Shown here in pieces: positions 63,201 to 64,000 of a stretch of DNA of 64,000 bases. The stretch is from an uncultured Chloroflexia bacterium (lineage in GTDB: Bacteria > Chloroflexota > Dehalococcoidia > DSTF01 > JALHUB01). Made by a program: the position numbers and the translations under genes. Under the pieces are notes generated by a model. It ran no database searches. It worked only from the letters and a program-made list of their open reading frames with translations, and was not told the origin of the DNA. The DNA lies in NCBI GenBank assembly GCA_963835655.1, contig CAWIGJ010000003.1:689016-753015 (forward strand), read 5' to 3'. The number at the start of each line of letters is the position of its first letter. The first letter of the stretch is position 1.

Positions 63201-64000
63201 GCCCGCGGGGCCGCTCCTGGCTATTTGGGTCAGCTCGCCGGTCATCGCGTGGTGGCTAAGCCGGCCGATAGAGCGGCGTGAGCCCCGCCTCTCGCTCGAG
63301 CAAACGAACTTCCTGCGTAAGCTGGCCCGTGAGACCTGGCGCTTCTTCGAGACGTTCGTAGGTCCTGAGGACAACTGGCTGCCGCCCGACAGCTATCAGG
63401 AGGCACCGATTGAAGCGATTGCGCACCGGACTTCGCCCACTAACATGGGACTCTCACTCCTCGCCAATATGGCTGCATACGACTTTGGTTACATCTCCGG
63501 CCGCCGCGTGATAGAGCGGACGACGTGCGCCCTTCAGACGATGGAGGGGATGGAGCGAATCCGCGGCCACTTCTACAACTGGTACGATACGACGACGCTG
63601 CGGCCGCTTGCGCCCCTTTATGTTTCCACTGTTGACAGCGGGAACCTGGCCGGCCACCTACTCACGCTGAGGCCGGGCCTGCAAGAGTTGGCCGACAGCC
63701 GGGCTCTCCCACCTCAGGTTTTCAGCGGCCTCCGCGACACGCTCCGCCTCCTGGTGGGCGCTGTTCAAGCTGCCCGCTCGCCCGAGACGCCAGACCGTAA
63801 GATCGGCCTTCGCGAAATGCTCGACGAGATCGAAGACCTGCTCGACGCGCTGGCTAGCCCTCCCGCCGGCCTCCGCGCCTGCCGCTCACTCCTTGATCGG
63901 TTGATGACGGCGGCTGGGCGCATCGCCGACGACTTGGGGCCCGAGCCCGATGCGGAGGCGGATTGGTGGGCTCGGTCGTTCAAAGATCAGTGCGAGGACT
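60256..64000 (+). CDS. Cyclic beta-1,2-glucan synthase-like (NdvB/Cgs/ChvB family: GT84 glycosyltransferase plus GH94-like domains), 3' partial
   Basis: Frame-1 ORF open from 60097 to the window end. Candidate TTG start at 60256 preceded by an AGAGAGGA RBS. Family-typical blocks include YISGRRVIERTTCALQTMEGMERIRGHFYNWYD and a TM cluster before the GT domain. Confidence 0.8.
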   Translation, partial: MNNGRRSLRSAIRAIWGLRHRHRVEPAPGGGDQPLRAELLSLEQLKGHAKELAARHSIEEKRRPDLLLPQLNENERVLLNAYRLITDEGEDQVRVTPAAEWLRDNFYLVEEQIRAARGHLPKGYSQELPRLAGGTSAGHPVVYAIALELVSHGDGRVDAGSLNAFVSAYQAVRPLKLGELWAIPIMLRLALINNLRRVAARIAADRLARNQANHWADRMIEVAGTEPTSLILTLADMARSRPPMSSAFVAELARRLQGQGPAQAMPLTWLEQRLTEMSLTIERLIQLEGQQQAEGQVSISNSIGSLRFLDATDWREFVETMSVVEDTLRGDPAGVYGQMDFATRDRYRHVVERAARRGGLSEREVAQKAVDLATATSTQAGSQDRTAHVGYYLIDRGIPLFERAAQVRLSPFERLHRAAGRIPLILYLGSIWLIAATVTFAVLVQAIAFGTRSWGLLPLGALVLICASSLGVAVVNRLATRLVEPDKLPRLDFSEGIPSHLRALIVVPTFLPELEEIEDLLGALEVRFLANHDDNLYFGLLTDFRDAPAEVMPEDEELLRLAREAIEALNRKYQDDRDDAFFLFHRPRRWNPQERVWMGHERKRGKLSDLNALLRGAEDGRFSLIVGERSVLPTVKYVITLDADTELPRDAARILVGTLSHPLNRPRYNEAKGRICEGYGILQPRLSAAMVNVNRSRFARLFGGEPGIDPYTRAVSDVYQDVFREGSFTGKGIYDVDAFERVLGGRFPENLILSHDLLEGCYARSALVTDVQLQESYPTRFSTDVTRRHRWIRGDWQIARWLLPFAPDASGRSVPNPLSALSRWKIFDNLRRSLLPAALVLLLLLGWTTLRPAWFWTCIVAGIVLVGPLLAFLGDVATRPTGLPIRLHLRAVAASGARRMAQSAFGLVVLPYEAVFSLDAVFKTWWRMLITRRGLLEWTTSSDARRSASKRLVEFFRVMWTAPAMAVAVTGYLSAQRPIALLPAGPLLAIWVSSPVIAWWLSRPIERREPRLSLEQTNFLRKLARETWRFFETFVGPEDNWLPPDSYQEAPIEAIAHRTSPTNMGLSLLANMAAYDFGYISGRRVIERTTCALQTMEGMERIRGHFYNWYDTTTLRPLAPLYVSTVDSGNLAGHLLTLRPGLQELADSRALPPQVFSGLRDTLRLLVGAVQAARSPETPDRKIGLREMLDEIEDLLDALASPPAGLRACRSLLDRLMTAAGRIADDLGPEPDAEADWWARSFKDQCED

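Noticed and set aside
1-64000. CRISPR arrays, integrases, transposases, toxin-antitoxin pairs, restriction-modification or other defence systems
   Set aside because: Scanned for short regularly spaced direct repeats and for recombinase, nuclease or reverse transcriptase motifs; none recognised. The window looks like core metabolic chromosome.

Overview
High-GC (~65%) bacterial chromosomal window, gene content most consistent with a Chloroflexi-like or other high-GC anaerobe/facultative organism (lineage is a guess).

Gene content in order:
1. A 5'-partial glycyl radical enzyme (GRE) of the eliminase/decarboxylase type (Cys-Val-Glu active-site loop), a divergent MarR regulator, a truncated and frameshifted N-terminal fragment of a second GRE paralog, and a GRE-activating radical SAM enzyme.
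2. trpA, then a T-box leader (AGGGTGGCACCGCG motif plus terminator hairpin), then trpE-trpG-trpD-trpC and an in-frame trpF-trpB fusion ORF.
3. An OmpR-family response regulator and PhoR-like histidine kinase, a Pho-box-like array of four direct repeats, and pstS-pstC-pstA followed by pstB and phoU, both split by single-base frameshifts.
4. A hotdog-fold protein, an FtsX/MacB-like ABC exporter pair, and the first of three orphan URO-D-family paralogs.
5. A P-type ATPase, a tandem universal stress protein, a HEAT-repeat protein and a ferredoxin-nitroreductase.
6. An acyl-CoA catabolic cluster on the minus strand: GctAB-like CoA-transferase subunits, a tandem-duplicated family III CoA-transferase of 788 aa, a GH1 beta-glucosidase, a MaoC dehydratase, an acyl-CoA dehydrogenase and an enoyl-CoA hydratase.
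7. A Dpp/Opp-like binding-protein/permease operon plus a TetR regulator carrying at least five frameshifts within 4 kb, with no ATPase genes.
8. A second URO-D paralog, a second acyl-CoA dehydrogenase, a second GH1, galT-galK, a third (frameshifted) URO-D-like gene, an aldo/keto reductase, an MDR reductase, a GlpA-like / FAD-NAD oxidoreductase / DUF1667 triad, and a Gfo/Idh/MocA oxidoreductase.
9. The N-terminal ~1250 codons of a cyclic beta-1,2-glucan synthase (NdvB/Cgs)-like gene running off the window end.

Signals not explained by the gene annotation:
- A ~100-125 nt element conserved in two long intergenic regions, with hairpin potential.
- A tRNA-like 3' fragment.
- A high and clustered density of single-nucleotide indels, which suggests either draft-quality sequence or real operon decay.

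No CRISPR array, integrase, transposase or phage genes were recognised.
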